A DNA stretch of 64,000 nt from Flaccisagitta enflata (taxonomy: Eukaryota), in the NCBI GenBank assembly GCA_965153355.1, contig OZ231126.1, forward strand, positions 22,630,001 through 22,694,000, in the 5' to 3' direction. Shown piece after piece: positions 1 to 16,518 of this stretch. The notes beneath the pieces were generated by a model. It saw only the letters and a list, made by a program, of their open reading frames with translations, was not told the origin of the DNA and did not search any database. Each line of letters begins with the position of its first letter. Position 1 is the stretch's first letter. Both the position numbers and the translations under genes were made by a program.

Positions 1-177
1 AGTAAAATCGACCAACAGACAGACCAACCAACCAACCGACTGACGGACGGACAAAGTGGAGTGTAGAGTCATGTGCACGTGACTAGAAATGTGCAGGTGA
101 CTAAAAATGTGACGGACAGACTAACGGATTGACCTAGCGACCGACAAGACTAAAAACGCAAGTAAACTGTTATTCAT

Positions 178-230
<53 letters not shown>

Positions 231-312
231 CTGAAATCCTCGGATTTTACAATTAGTTGTCCTTAAAAGCTTCACTTTCGGGTATTCGGACCTTCATCAT
301 CTTTTGAACATG

Positions 313-430
<118 letters not shown>

Positions 431-1460
431 CAGTACCGAAGCGGCATTTGTTCCATGGAGTTATTTTTTTCGCACGTCATTTTTTGATTTGGTGCAGGCA
501 GTAGCTTGGATTAGAATGTACGGCGATTGCATTAAGCTAGACCTCAATTCAGTCCTTCAAGGATATGGTTTCTCAACATTGTTGCCTTCAGATATACATA
601 CCAACTGACACGGCAAGGTGTAGAGTCGCGTGTCCGCCACTAACGATATATCAAAACGAAATAGAGAGACAGAGAAGAGGAAAAAAAAAGAGAATAAAAA
701 AAGAAAAGAAATATTGAATGAATAAGTAATTGAATGAAATAAAGATAGAATAACAAAAAAAATGAATGAATGAATGAGAGAATGATTGAACGAATAAATG
801 AATGAATGAATGAATGAATGAATGAATGAATGAATGAATGAATGAATTAATGAATGAATCAATGAATAAATGAAGGAATGAATTGATGGATGAATGAATG
901 AATGAATGAGTGAATGAATGAATGAATGAATGAATGAATGAATGAATGTATGAATGAATGAATGAAGAAAATCGAAACAGAAGAAACAAGGCTGGATACC
1001 TGGCCAATGCAGTTGCCGGACGAGTGGGCTAAGGGGGCGAAAATGCGCGATTTCACGCTTTCGACCACCGTGTTCCGCCAGACGGGCCAACGAATGACGG
1101 ACAGGCAGACCAGACCAGACAGACGAACAGACCAGACAGACAGACAGACGAACGAACAGACAGACAGACAGACAGACAAAGGCTCTTATAGAGTTGCGTG
1201 TCCTTAACCAAAAATTCAATGAAGCAAAGCAATCCTCAGTGACTCCTTTGATAAAAGTAAAATAACGCCGTAAACTTAAACCCACCATCATCTCGTTAAT
1301 GAAGCCAATCATGCATGCAACAACAACAATTAAGAAAACAACAACAACAACAACAACAATAACAACAACAACAATAATATATACCAACAACCACAAAAAA
1401 CAACAAAAAACAACAACAATAATAACAACAATAACATCAACAACAACAACATCAACAATG

Positions 1461-1539
<79 letters not shown>

Positions 1540-1973
1540 AACTCATTATGCGCTTGTATAAAAAGTGGAACAATATCCCTCACTATACCCAAACTGAAAC
1601 AAATAGAAGGGAGCCTTGTGAACCTTCACTGACAAGATACTGCGCGCATCACTCCTAGTTTTCCATAAAACCGAATTTGAAAAACACTCCCTCTCAATCT
1701 AACCCAAAAGCAAACTTCTTACTAAAAGTAGTTAGGATGATGATTGCTACTTTTTTTACCAGAATTTAACAACGGGCAACATTGCTTAGAAACCATACCC
1801 TTAAGAGGATAGAATCGAGGTCAAGCATAATGCGACCGCCGGACATTCCTTGTATAGTGAAGACCAGCGGACCGCCGGTCATTCCTTAGTGCAGAAAAAA
1901 AATTTGAAAAGAGAGTAGAGAGACGATTGGGCTTATCGCTCAAAAAATTCACAAAAAAAAATTGTCTGCGACA

Positions 1974-2121
<148 letters not shown>

Positions 2122-4739
2122 CAATAACCAAAAAAACACGTCCCCTTAGAATTCTCTGACCGAGTTTTGTTCATGAACGCACATCTTTCATTCAAAAAAA
2201 GTTTTTATCATTTGCCCAACTAAGTTGGTCGAATTCATCAACCAAATTGCTTGTTTTCAAAGTGATTTCTTAAGCATAACTTTTCTGTCATAATTCAAGA
2301 CGGACTGCATCTCAGCACACACCCCACTTTTTGGGCAGAGACCCTATTTGGAGAAATTTGCCCTCCTCTTTCTCCGTCCATCTGTCTGTCCATCCATAGG
2401 GTTCAAACCCCTGCCTCCAAGCTCAAAGCTCAGCATCTAGTCCTGAACAAGAGGAAAAAAAAAGAAATAATTTTGGGCAAAAAAAAAAGAAAAAAAAGAT
2501 CCGCACATTGCTTAAGTTGAGGTAGTTTTTGAGAAAGTACGTCAAATCCATAACCATCTTTGATTTGAGTTGTTGAACTGAGATACTACTCGACTAAAAG
2601 AAAAAGCCGCACCCTATTTTGAGTTAAGAATAAAGCAAATGCTTTGAACATTTTTTTGTTGAAGTGATTTGAAAGATTTTCTTTTTTTTATTCTAGACCA
2701 ATCAAATCTGTATCTCAACGGTTCAGGAGCTAGAGCTTGTCAAAGTTATCTTCTGATTTGTAAATGCTCATTTTTCAATAGAATTGCAACTGAAAATGGC
2801 AATGTTTTTACTGATTCTTATGCCATTTCTAAACAAATAAAGCTAGAATTTTCAGATTGGAGCCAAATGAAAGATCTTTTCAAGAGCTTTCTAACGATCT
2901 AAGATTTTGATTAATTATTTTGAAATTTAGTATGATAATTTGCCATTTAAAAGTGCGGCTTTTATAGTCTGAGTAGTACATATTTCTGGGATTGCTTTAC
3001 ATAAAAACAATGTCAGGATACACAGCTCTACATAGTAGCATGCAGGTGGGCAGAAAAGGGTTAAAAATACCAGCCAAATATTTTGTAGGAGCAGTCATGA
3101 AAAAAAAAACGCTTGTAAACGCCGAAAGACCTAACGATGATGGACAGACCGATGGACAGAATAACGACAGACAGTGGGATATAGAGTTGCGTGCACGCGA
3201 CTAGAAATGTAAGAAGGTATCACATGGAAAGCTGCCAGATGAGACATTTTTTTTATCAATTTGAGGTTTAGCTGGCGCCATTTTGTGGATAATAAGTTAT
3301 ATTTCATTTTCTTTCTAATTGTTAGTCTCGGACACGCGACTCTACACCTTGGTCCATCGTTCTGTCAGTCCGTTTGAATTGCGATTGGGTTTCTCATTAC
3401 TGCTCCTGCCCATCCGTCTGCAACTGGATTGCCGTGTATCCGATATTGTTCTTAGTTTCCTATTGTCAAATACATTTTTCATTCTTTTTAAGAAACAAGG
3501 CCAAGAATGCCAATAAGGTCCACCGGGTGGATCGTCGAACGTATGCGTTACACAACCAATAGACCAACGACAATAGACCAACGACCAACTGACCAATGGA
3601 CACAGCCTATTATAAAGGTGCTTTGGCGCACCTAAAAACAAAATCCTTTCAATTGACAGATTATAGGGATGCTCGCTCAAAACTGCCACCATTTTCAACG
3701 CTCAAAACTGCCACCATTTTCAAACGAATAGAGCTACAACTTTCTACTTGGCATAGATTTGAGAAAAAAACCTTTTGAATGTCTTTCAAATGGTCACGGA
3801 TTCTTATCATCTTTTTTAAACCAAGCAGGTCAATGGGATAAAACTAGTCATCCAAGGATCGCACATGGTCAGCGGTACCCATTCCCTGCAGGGATAGTCG
3901 GTGAAAGTGGAGGAGGCAGGGCGGCGGCCTAAGGCGATGTCGCCAGATTTATCGAAGGGGGGTGAATTTTGAGACGCCCGTCCTTCCGTCAATATGACAA
4001 TATGGGTACTAAATTTCGCCTTGAGCATTAAATCACAGTGCAAACGAAAGCAAAATAGGATAACCAAACATATTCATAATCTGCTCAATTTTTTTTATCA
4101 ATATAAATCAAAGTATACTTTGTTTTTTTAAGTCTTATTATTCTTGTAAACAATGCTTAAGAATATAAACAAACAAAGGAACTTGATATTGCATTGACGA
4201 GAGACAGAAACAATCTCTGATTGGCTAGAATTCTTTAAAAATAGAGTTGCAAGAATTTATGGTCAGGTGAAATTCTAAGACTTCCAGATGCAAATTATTG
4301 CATTTCTAAGTTCATGGCCCTATTATTTCATGGCCCTATTCTTATATGTTTTTAGAATGAGGCTCTTTTTTGGAAACGCAAATTTATAAAATAATCATTT
4401 TTCTTACATTTAAGTGAGATATCAATTACCTCTCATGCAAAAATATCATTAATAAAAATATTTTTTTTTTGTTAAAAAAAATCATCAATTGATGATAATA
4501 GAAATTGTCAAAAAATGTGTTGCCTCACTAAATTTTGTCTTCGCTGCACTGTGACTTAAGCAGAAATATGAACAAGGCCGGATACACGGCAAACCAGTCG
4601 CGGACGGTTGGGCAGGAGCTGTAATGCCAAAACCGCTCGGAATTAAAAAATGTGACCAATCTAAGGACCTACCGACCAACACGGCAAGGTGAAGAGTCGC
4701 GTGTCCGCGACTAAAAAGAAGTTGATCATCCTTTTTTTT

Positions 4740-5072
4740 CAGGGGTGTATATAATTGAGTCGCTTTTGATTTCCCCTCCCCCCCGCCTTTGATTTTCTTC
4801 CCCGCGACGCGTCGCGTTGTGTTTTTATATCTATGATTTTCTTCCCCATATAGCAATAAAACTATGTAGTTTAAATAGTGCTAAATTGTGTTTAAATAGT
4901 AGTTTAAGTAGTGCTAAATTGTGTTTTACTAATTGAGTTTTATGATTTGGTACTGTCAAAAGTTATATTTTCCCCAAATTTCCCTTTTTTCTCTTTTTTC
5001 CCCATCTCCAGATCCTTTGATTCCCCCCCCCCCACGGGGGGGGGGGGGGAAACTCAAGAATGTACAGGCCTG
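4740..5072. mobile_element. Small TIR element (CAGG..TGTA ends); relatives at about 13741-13852, 14068-14177 and 40330-40525
   Basis: CAGGGGTGTA...TACAGGCCTG termini; internal GATTTTCTTCCCC.CGAC.CGT motif shared between copies. Confidence 0.6.
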
Positions 5073-5546
5073 TTTTTTTTTTTGTTTCACAGCTACACAT
5101 TCTTATTCGGCGAGTCGCACAAATTTGCCATAACCTTGTTCCTAAATGCTGCAGGAGCTTTTGTGTTTGTTTGATTACAATGGTGGCTTCCGTCGTGAAT
5201 GAGGAGTAGGATAAGGAGAAGATAATTGAGCGCTTGCATTCAAATCCTCTATTCAATTGTGATACGCCATTCTTAGAGAGGCTTTTTCCAGCAAAACATC
5301 GGTCCTTCTGCCTGTTGGTCCATCCATTTGTCCATCCATCGGTCCATCCATCCGTCTTCCTCATTTCTGTCAGTATGTTATGCACAAAAGAACACATTTC
5401 TTCCGTGTCCTTCCCATCTGCAACTTTTTGGGCTAGGCTACCGGTTTCTCTTCACGTTCTATGACTTTTTTAATCGCGAGCTACATGACTATAACTCAAA
5501 GTGTCTTTTGGTCGGTTTAACCACCCATTTTTCATTTGGTCTTTTT

Positions 5547-5622
<76 letters not shown>

Positions 5623-5823
5623 TTTTTTCTTCTTTCATTCTCCAACGGAATCAGAGGATCCATAAATCAAGACCACCTAAGTTGGACAGTTCATTGACCA
5701 GGGTGCTTAAACAGGCCCTGGCGAAAATGAACAACCAAACAAACATGCACACAAACACACACACACACACACACACTCACTCACTCACTCACTCACTCAC
5801 TCACTCACTTACTCACTCACTCA

Positions 5824-5887
<64 letters not shown>

Positions 5888-7068
5888 CACACAGCATTAT
5901 GTACCAAACTCGTTTCCTCCACTGACTACAAATTTACCGAAGTATGCGGAGGGTAAACAAGGGTGGGTTTATCTCTCACCAAAGCTTCCTCCGTTCAAGA
6001 GGAAAAAAGGAAAGAAGGAAAGAGGAAGTAAAAGAGAGGAGGGAGGGTAATAGAATCCGCGCTTATCCAGAATGTTGAAGGGCCAGCTAGCGGAAACAGA
6101 ACAACAGCCGCTTTAAGTCCAATTAAACTCCCTCCTTGTAACGTTGTTGTTTTTTATTCTTTATGAGGTAAAGAAAAGAAAATGTTATAACTTTATGGCC
6201 GCTATAACTGTCCGCGCTAAGGCCCATACAGCGGCCCCAATTTGGGCCACGTCATATCTCGACTTAGAATGACTTAGAATGACTTAAAATGACTGTAAAT
6301 AACTTGGAATGACCTAAAATGACTTAAAATAACGCAAAACAACAAAAAAAAGCTAACGATCACCGACCGACAGACAGACAGACAGACGGACAGAGTGGGT
6401 CATAGAGTCGCGTGCACGCGACTAAAAAGAATCCAGTCCTGAAAACTGACAACGTAATATAAAGTTTGGCTTTGAAAAGAGTGATTGACTCCGTCCGTAT
6501 AGACGCTGTCGTTTAAAACTTCCTTCCTATGTGAGAGTCCCTCCTGTTACTGTCAATGCATTCACTGGAATGAATATATGAGCAATTTAAGTTTATGACT
6601 GAATCATAAATGAAAGTTATCTCTATTCTTACCACACTTAAAAGTCTATTTTGCTGTCACATATTTCTGCTAAAAGTTAGCCTTTTTGCCTTGTCATTTT
6701 TAGTCGCGGACACGCGACTCTAGAACTTGCCGTGTTGGTCGGTTGGTCAGTAACCAACAGAACGCGAGCTCCTGCCCTCCCGTCCGCGACTGGGGGGGGG
6801 GGAAGAGTGTTTACGGCCTTGTTTATCTTTTTCTTTGGCTTTCTCTTTTTCTTTTCTTCCTTATCCATTTTTTCCTCTTCTTCTTTCCCCTCTTATTTTT
6901 GTTCTTCTTCTTGTTCTCCTTGTTGTTCTTGTACTTGTTGTACTTTTACTTGTTGTACTTTTTGTAATTCATCTTCTTTTTCTCATTGTTTCTTTTTCTT
7001 TTTCCTTTTTTTTCTATTTCTTCTTCGTTATCTTCCTCTGGTTTGTTTTTGTTTTTGTTTTTGTTTTC

Positions 7069-7360
7069 AGTCGCGTGCTACGCGACTATACACCCCGCTA
7101 GGTTTGTCGGTTGGTCGGTTGGTTTGTCGGTCGGCAGTTGGACGCTTGGTTGGTTTGTTGGTTGGTCAGTCAGTTGGTTGGTCGGTTGGTTGGTCGGTTT
7201 TTTGGTTGGTTGATTGGTTGGTCGGTCAGTCGGTCGGCTGTTCCGTGGGTCCACTTTTTACCTTTTTCCATATTTTTGCAGTCTTCAGCCTCACAAATGT
7301 TCTAGTAACTCAAATACTACACCCGCACGCGACTGGGGTAGTCGTGTATCCGGCCTTGTT
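7069..7360 (+). mobile_element. HINE/DINE-1-like family B (representative copy)
   Basis: T-run|AGTCGCGTG..CGCGACT 5' short inverted repeat, (GGTC/GGTT)n microsatellite, 3' subTIR CACGCGACT, terminal hairpin GCCG-TGTATC-CGGC (one mismatch here) then CTTGTTT. Other copies at about 4572-4714(-), 37428-37625(-), 38670-38876(-), 42033-42260(+), 51441-51599(+), 61145-61295(+). Confidence 0.7.
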
Positions 7361-7729
7361 TTCTCTAAGCCCCTCCTCATCCACTTCTCTCATCTGTCTT
7401 CTCTTCCAATTTATGTCCATTTTTTCCTTCCCGTCTCCGATTTAAAAGAAAGTGAAAAATTCTTCGCCTTTTTGTGACCTTCTAGGTAATGAGTACAGAA
7501 AAGAGTAGTTATCAAGGCAACTGTTCTCATTTTCTTTTGCTTGCTGCTTTTTGTCTAAAAATGTTCGTTTTGTCTTCTTTTTCTAAGCTTACAGCATCAT
7601 TTTTTTTCTTTTTCAAACTCTTTTTTTTTTCATAGAAAGGAAAAAAATTTCCCCCGGCTCTTTTTGGAAAAAAGGGTAAAAAGGCCGGTTAAGGACTTCT
7701 ATAACGAATATGATGATAGTAGTTTTTAC

Positions 7730-7831
<102 letters not shown>

Positions 7832-7970
7832 GTCGACCATGATCTTAAAAGCCACCAGTTCGAGGTATTGAACAATCATTACTTGCCAAAAAACAATTTA
7901 ACCCTTTTTTTACATACGACATTGCATGATTATCCCTCTCTGTCTCCCGTGCTCTCTCTCTGTCTCCCGT

Positions 7971-8068
<98 letters not shown>

Positions 8069-9079
8069 CTATCTCTCCTTTAGCTATGAAAGATTTAAAT
8101 CAACAAGTCTTTTTGTAGCAATTCATTCTTTTTTTTTTGCTGTATATTTAACGTGGACCCAATTAATGCTGCATTGTCACCTTTTTCGTTATGTTTCTTT
8201 TTTTCTTTTTTGATTCTTTAACGTACATGATACAATTACATTACATTACTTCACCATATTTCTTGTGTTGTAACTTTTTTTTTCATTTGCTGTACAGTTT
8301 GTTAACCTCTGATGATGATAAAGTGCAATTTACAATCTATTTGGTTTAGCTTTTTTGAATCGTTCAATACAATCGACATAGCTATCGTTCAACCAATAAT
8401 AAAAGTACATCAGATAACGGAAAAAAGAAGGATTCTCTAAATAACCTTAAACAGGGTCATTAGACCTAAGTCGCGTGCGTCAGCATTTTCACAAAACGTC
8501 GGACAAACAGACAGGCAGACAGACTAAGATTTTCAAGATGACCTTTGAGTTAGCCATCATGTTCATATTGATACCCCGAAACCTGTAAAATGTCTTTAAA
8601 ACGTTTGACACGCCTTTCAAACAACTTTGTGACGGACCCCCCACACCCATAGACAATCTCGTCACCAACACAAAAAGTTTGAAGACGCGCATTTCAGCCC
8701 CTACCCCCTATCCCCGATCCGCAACGATCTTGTAACTGTGTTTTTGTTTTTGTTTTTGTTTTTGTTTTTGTTTTTGTTTTTGTTTTTGTTTTTGTTTTTG
8801 TTTTTGTTCTTGTTCTTGTTTTTGTTTTTGTTTTTGTTTTGGTTTTTGTTTTTGTTATTTTGTTTTCATTCGTCGCGTGTTACGCGACTCTATTAGCCAC
8901 GTTTTGGTCCGTCGGTCCCTCCGTTGGTCCATCCGTTGGTCCGTCTGTCGGTCCGTCCATCGGTCCGTCCGCCGGCCGTCCGTTGGTCCATCCGTCACAA
9001 AGTCGTTTAAGAGTTTTTTGTCGCGTTTTTCATGTATCTGAATACTGGAAAACGCGACTTTGGTCTAATGACCTTGTTT

Positions 9080-9177
<98 letters not shown>

Positions 9178-10372
9178 ATTGTTGTTGTTGTTGTTGTCAT
9201 CACTTGCGCCATCGGTATTGATGATGACGCACAGGCCTTGATATAGTGATTCTGTTAAGCGTGCACGCCGGGCACGCTCCCAACAATTTCAGCGTGCCCA
9301 ACAGAAAATGAGCGTGCCCAGTTTTTAAATTCATTTTTTTATTCAAACTTATTTCCTATTTAAACTAGATTCTATCATACAATGATACAAATGTACATTA
9401 TAAAAGCAACTCCCCTAGGATGTATGCATACATTCAGCAAAGAATAAACAGATAACACGGAATGAGTGAAATATTGTGGCAGGTAAACCATTATGATTGT
9501 TTGATAAGCAGAAGAATTAAGAATTTTTTTTTTAATTGAATGAATGAATTGATCAATAAATGAACATTTAAATGCGTGAAAGAAACTGACATCCATGATC
9601 TACTTACATGAATGAAAAAAAAGAAAAAAAAGAAAGAAAGAAAAAAAAAGAAAGAAGATGGAAGTAAGAAAAACAGAATAGAAAAAAGAAAGAAAGAAAG
9701 AATGGAAGAAAGAAAGAAAGAAAGAAAAAAAGAAAGAAAGAAAGAAAGAAAGAAAGAATGGAAGAAAGAAAGAAAAAAAAAGAGAAGAAAAGAAGAAAGA
9801 ATGAAAGAAAAAATGGAAGGAAAAAAGATAGGAAGAAAGAAAGAATGGAAGAACGGATGGATGAATCAAAGTAGCAATCAAATGAATCAAAGATCATTCT
9901 TAAGGCAGTCTTAAAAAAATGATGATTTGGAAAAAAGTCGAAGAGACGAAGTCCCTTCGGTCTTTTTGAGTCCTGCAGAGTTTTTTGGATTTCCCTTTTT
10001 CTCATGAAGCGTTTGAGGAAGTTGGTAAGCTTTTGGGGCCAAATGGTACTACGCATGAAATTAATAGCTAAGAAAGATCTAATTCTTCTCTTTCAGATGA
10101 CGCCAAGCAGAATTCTGTGTGATCGATAGTTTTGATGCTATAATTTTTTAAATCTTTTTTTATTTTTTTGCATTTTTTGCATTTTTCCCAAAAATGAGGA
10201 ATCAAGTTAATTGAGGTTTATTTGAACTTTGAAATGTCCCAGGTGATGATTGTGCGTCCTGGCAGCACAGTCTTGCTCTCATTTCAACTCAGTCCATCCA
10301 TCAGTCTGTTGGTCTGTCTGCCCGTCTGAGTGATAGGGGGTTGGATGCTTCTGTCCACCTGTCCGAAATGAT

Positions 10373-11432
<1,060 letters not shown>

Positions 11433-11550
11433 GTATTCAGTCAGTCAGGTGTGATAAGAGAGTGCCAGCCGGGCATGCCATCAGCAAAACATGCGTGCCC
11501 GACAATGAAACAGAGTGCCTCTGGCACGCGGGCACGCTCTAAATTAAGGC

Positions 11551-14500
11551 TAGGGAGGGTAGCAACCTTATCATTGGCCCACCCAGGGATTTTTTTATGG
11601 ACAGTTATGTTACTAAGTGGGGGAAACTAAAAAAAATGGTTTATCCAAGGCTTAGATACTGGCTTTTGACTATTACATGTGTTGTTCGCAATGACTAGTT
11701 TTTCGCAAAAAGCCTTTTTGGTCAAAAAATGGTAAAAGTTGAGGAAACTTGTTTTTTCTTCACCCTTTTATACTGAAATTGTACATTGGAATATTTATGA
11801 TTACTATCAAGCCTTGGGGCGGAATCACATGCAGGTGATGGGGGGTTACGAGCCCTAGGGGCCCCCCAAAGGGCCCCTAGGGGGCTCTGAAATGGCCAAA
11901 ACAGTTTTTAGATTGAAAGAATGCTTACTTTTCTGTCCTGTAGGACCCCAATCATACACTGACTTATAAGTCATTCCTATCTAGTGTGGTGAGATATTTG
12001 CAGATGGAAAATAGGGGCATGGGACCCCTAGGGGCCCCTCCTCAGGTCCCCCTTGATCTCAAAAATGGTCAAAATAGTGGAAAACTTGCTAAATTGCTTA
12101 GTTTTCTGCCCTGTGGGACTTTAGAAGTACACTGACTAATCAGTCATTCCCAGTTGGTGTGGTGAAAGATGTGCAGGTGGATAATGGGGGATTGGGATCC
12201 TTAGGGGGCCCCTAAGGGGCCTTCTAAGGCCTGTGGTTTCAAAAATGGCCAAAAAAGCCAAAAAATGAAGAATGGCTTACTTTTCTGCCCTGTTGGACCC
12301 TAGAGGTAAATTGACTTATCAGTCAATCAAATCTAATGTGGTGGATAATAGGGGATTGGGACCCCAAGGGGCCCCCTTTAGGATTCCCAGGGGATCAAAA
12401 ATGCCCAAAAATAGTAAAAGATTACTATTTTTTCCTGCTTCACCCCAATGTAACAGCGCCTTATAAGTCATTGCCATCAAAAGATTTGAAAGGTGTGTAG
12501 ATAACAGGGGCTTTGGACACATAGGGCCCTTAAAGAGTCCTCACACGCAGGTCATCCTAGGGTAATATGATGTCAACAATACCTGTTGCCCTGCTTTGCA
12601 TGATTATGAATTGGAGAGAGAAGCAAGGCAGTGGTGACTTGGTGCCAAAGGGGGCAAATGCTGCAGAACACAGCCTCATGCTATTAATAACAGATGGCGC
12701 TTACATGTGCTGATTTAGGGTCTATGATGGCCTGAGGGCTCCCTGAGGGCCGATTAAAGGCCAGGGTAAGCTTAATGGACCAATTTGAGGCATGACAGGC
12801 TTAAATAGAGACCTGAGCAGGCTGATTTGAGGCCTGAAATAGCTAAATTGAAGCTTTAAAGGGTAGATAAGAAGCCTGAGAGGGCTAATTTGGGGGTGGA
12901 GAGGGTAGATTTGAGGACTGAGAGAGCAGATTTGTGACCTGAGAAAACAGACTAGTGGCTGAAAGGGACAATTTTTGGGCAGAGACCCCAAAGTGACCAA
13001 TGACCTATGCTTTCACACATGATTTTCACCTCCTTCTCCTTTATCCTCCTCCCCCCCCCCTCCCCCTTCAGCTGCAAAGCCAAAATTCTAGCCTCGAGGC
13101 TTAAATCCCAGCCTCAAGTCCAATCGTAGCCACAAGACACCTATTTGAGCATTCAAGCTCCAATCCCAGCCTCAAAATTCCAACCCCAGCCAATCTGAAC
13201 CATACAGCTCCAATCCAGGCCTCCCAGCTCAAATCCGGCCACATGGCTCTAATCCCAGCCTCATAGCTCTAATCCCAGCCTTGAGTCTTTTATCCTAGCC
13301 TCTATACGTGCCCAGCATGGGTTATTGGCTCCTTCGGGATTGCTGCCCTTCTCACCTCCACATCTTACATACACTTAGGGGCAACAGGTACCGCTGACCA
13401 TCTGATGATTTTGCGACTATTCATCCTGGGTTGAGAGGGTTCAGTTCCAGTAGAACAAGTAACATGGGGTGACAGTATCATCGCGGATGGGTGGGCAAGG
13501 GTGTTCAACCCCTATCCACATTCTACTTCCAATGCCAGCCCCATCCCCCACAAACCCATCTGGGAGGCTCAACTTTACTTTTTTCAACAGATGGACAGAC
13601 CAAGGGATGGACTGACAGACGGAAAGAAATAAATGTTGCTCAATTTTCACCAGTTATGGCTATTGAGTCCTAGAGTCTTGTAGGAGGCCTATGAAGTCCC
13701 AGTTTCCTATCAGCCATCTGAATTTCTTCCCTCTCAGACTCAGGCGTGTACAATATTGAGTATTCCCCCCTCTCGCAACACGTCGTGGGGAAGAAAATCA
13801 AATGCAGGGGGGGGGAATAAAATCAAATGCCACTCAACTTTATACACCCCTGGGGTGTGAAATCAAACAAGAAACCTTGTCGGCAAAACCATAGGCTTGC
13901 TATGGGGATATTTTTATTGCCATAGGAAGCCTATAGTTTTGCCGCCATGGTTTAATCTTCAAATTCAGACCTCTACTTGTGGGAAAACCTTCTTATATAA
14001 GACATTTATGCAAAAAACTAGAGTATATCATTTTTTTGAAATTTGACCCCATTTCGTGACCACCCTAGTGTACAATATTGAGTATTCCCCCCTCTCGCAA
14101 CGCGTCGTGTGGACGAAAATCAAATGCAGGGGGGGGGGGAAATAATATCAAATGCCACTCAACTTTATACACCCCTGCTCTCAGTAGTTCACAACAACTG
14201 ATGAGTCATTCTAGATTTCAGATACTACAAAACTTAGACAAAGTTTATTTCTGCCATTTTGGGCTGTTTTAGAGTCTTCAGCAGCTCTGCAGAAGCTTCT
14301 ACTGGATACAATCTTTCATTATCCACTTGCATATTTTTTATCAAAATAAGTAACTATGACTGATGAGTCAGTTTGACTATTTAGTAAGATTAAAGACAAT
14401 TGCTTAATTATTTGGCTCTTTATTCAAGTTTCAAATTTTCCTTGAAATTCTTCAGGGGCCCCTTAGGTTCCCATGCCATCTCTGCCACATCTGCCTTCTG

Positions 14501-15929
14501 CCATCTCTGCACATCTCTGCCCTCTGCCATCTCTGCACATCTTTGCCACTAACACCTAAAATGACTGATACCTTGTCAATTTATAGTACAACTGAACAAA
14601 AAAAAAACTTAGTTTAATCTTTAACCCTTTTGGACCATTTTTGAGCCCCTAGGGTTCCCAGTACCCCATCATCCATCTGCTCAATTTTTACCACACTAAG
14701 TCAATGTACAGCTGAGGTACTGCAAGGCAGGATAATCGCAAAAGCGTCAGATGGTCAGTTGTACCTGTTGCCCCTCAAGTTAGTGTATGCTGGATATGGA
14801 GATGAGAGGGGTAGCGGCCCCAAAGGAGCAAATGACTTATGCTGGGCTAGGATTCAAGCTTTGAGGCTGAGATTTGAGCCACTAGGCTGGGATTGGAGCC
14901 ATCAGGCTTAGATTGCAGCTTCTTTATTGGGGTTGGAAACTTAAGGAGGGGGGACCAGCGTTAAGGCTGGTATTGGAGCCTTGAGGATGGGATTGATAGA
15001 TATTATTGCCACAATTTGAGCCTCAAGGCTTGGATTGGGGCCACAAAGCTGGGATTAGTGCCTCAAGGGTGGGTTTGGAGCCTCAAGGCTGGAACAGGAG
15101 CCAGGGGGGAGGGGAAACAGAGAAGGAAAAGTAGGAGGATAAAATCTCCCATATGTGTGAAAGCACAGGTCATCAGTCTCTTTGGGACTGATTCTCAATA
15201 GCATTATTTTATCTATAGGTCATTTAAGCCATATAAAGCCCCTTGTGACACATACAGGGGCCCCAAGGGATCCCAACCTTACATTATCAATCTGAACAGC
15301 TCCCACTACACTATATTAGAATGGCTGATAAGTCACTGCACCACTAGGTTTGTATAGGATGGAAAAGCATGCATTTTTAAAATTTTTTAGTCATTTTGGC
15401 CATTTTTGTAAACCTTGGGGACTTTGGAGGGGACTTTTGAGGGGCCTTTAAGGGGCATAGGAGTTCCGATACCCCCTTATCCAACTATACATCTCCCACC
15501 ACACAAGAGAGGAGCAACTGATAAATCAGTCTAGTACAGCTTTTCTACAGTGCAAAAAAGAATTTTTTCACTGTTAGAGACATTCTGGCCATTTTTGAGC
15601 CCTTGGGGGCCCTCCAGGGGGCCCTTAGGCCCCTGAACACATCAGAAAGTTGCTCACTTTAAAGCACTATGCTATAAGAGATCTAATGTTTCTTTAAAGG
15701 AGGAGAACCTATTTACCATAGAAAACTGATACTTTAAATGACGATTTTAAGCAAATATGTAGCATTACTGAGTACCCATATAAATTCCGCAAAAGCCAGT
15801 ATTGTCAGATAATTTTTTACCATTTTTTTGTTTGAAAATGTTAAAGTAAAGGCCCCTCCATGATTTGCACACTGGGTGGGCATTGTAGTATCAAAATTTT
15901 TGCCTCAGGACTTGGTGGTTCCCCCCCTA
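11551..15929. mobile_element. Degenerate long-TIR non-autonomous element (~4.4 kb, hAT/foldback-like) with nested insertions
   Basis: Termini TAGGG...CCCTA flanked by TTAAGGC on both sides; inverted blocks GCCCACCCAG/CTGGGTGGGC and ATACTGGCTTTTG/CAAAAGCCAGTAT; ~180-bp GGGCCCC-rich subrepeats at 11810-12530 recur inverted at about 14450-14700 and 15240-15630. Confidence 0.62.
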
Positions 15930-16182
15930 TTAAGGCCTGGTCAATGACGCATTTAAAAGAAATCAGAAGTTCCGACTCAAATCCATTGAATCATCGAACT
16001 GATATTCGACACATTTTGAGGCCTTCCAAAGAAACCGACGGCGATCAATCTATGCTGGTTCGAGGGAAAAATACGGATGGTCTGAGCTGAGTCAAGCGAA
16101 CTACGTTTAGTGATACGTTTGTAAATCGTTACTAGTTGCGTGAACATGACTCTTCAATTCGCTGTGTCGGTCGGTTGCTCGG

Positions 16183-16518
16183 TAGAATGGGCTCGAATTG
16201 GGCATTACAGTGAAACATTATTTCCAAGCGTTTTTCATGTCCCATTTACATAATTAGAACTCAACTTCATTGGAAAATCGATTAAGACTTCATCTAGGCA
16301 TTCCGTTATCAATGTGTCAGTTGTATAGAATGTCTATGGAAGAAATTTTTCTTTTGACTACTACTATTAATTCTATACAAATAGAGCATTGATTGTGGAA
16401 TGCCTATATCGAGTCCAAATCGATTTTCCAATGAGACTGGACCGTGACTTTGCCAGTGGAACATGAAAAGTGCTTGGAAATAGTGTTTCATTCGAATGCC
16501 CAAATTGAGCCCTCTCTA
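16183..16518. mobile_element. hAT-like MITE
   Basis: TIR TAGA..GGGCTC / GAGCCC..TCTA, long imperfect inverted arms, 8-bp TSD TTGCTCGG at 16175-16182 and 16519-16526. Confidence 0.8.

Noticed and set aside
14198-14380. Two CTGATGAGTC motifs (14198, 14360) resembling hammerhead cores
   Set aside because: No correctly placed GAAA and NUH/stem I.
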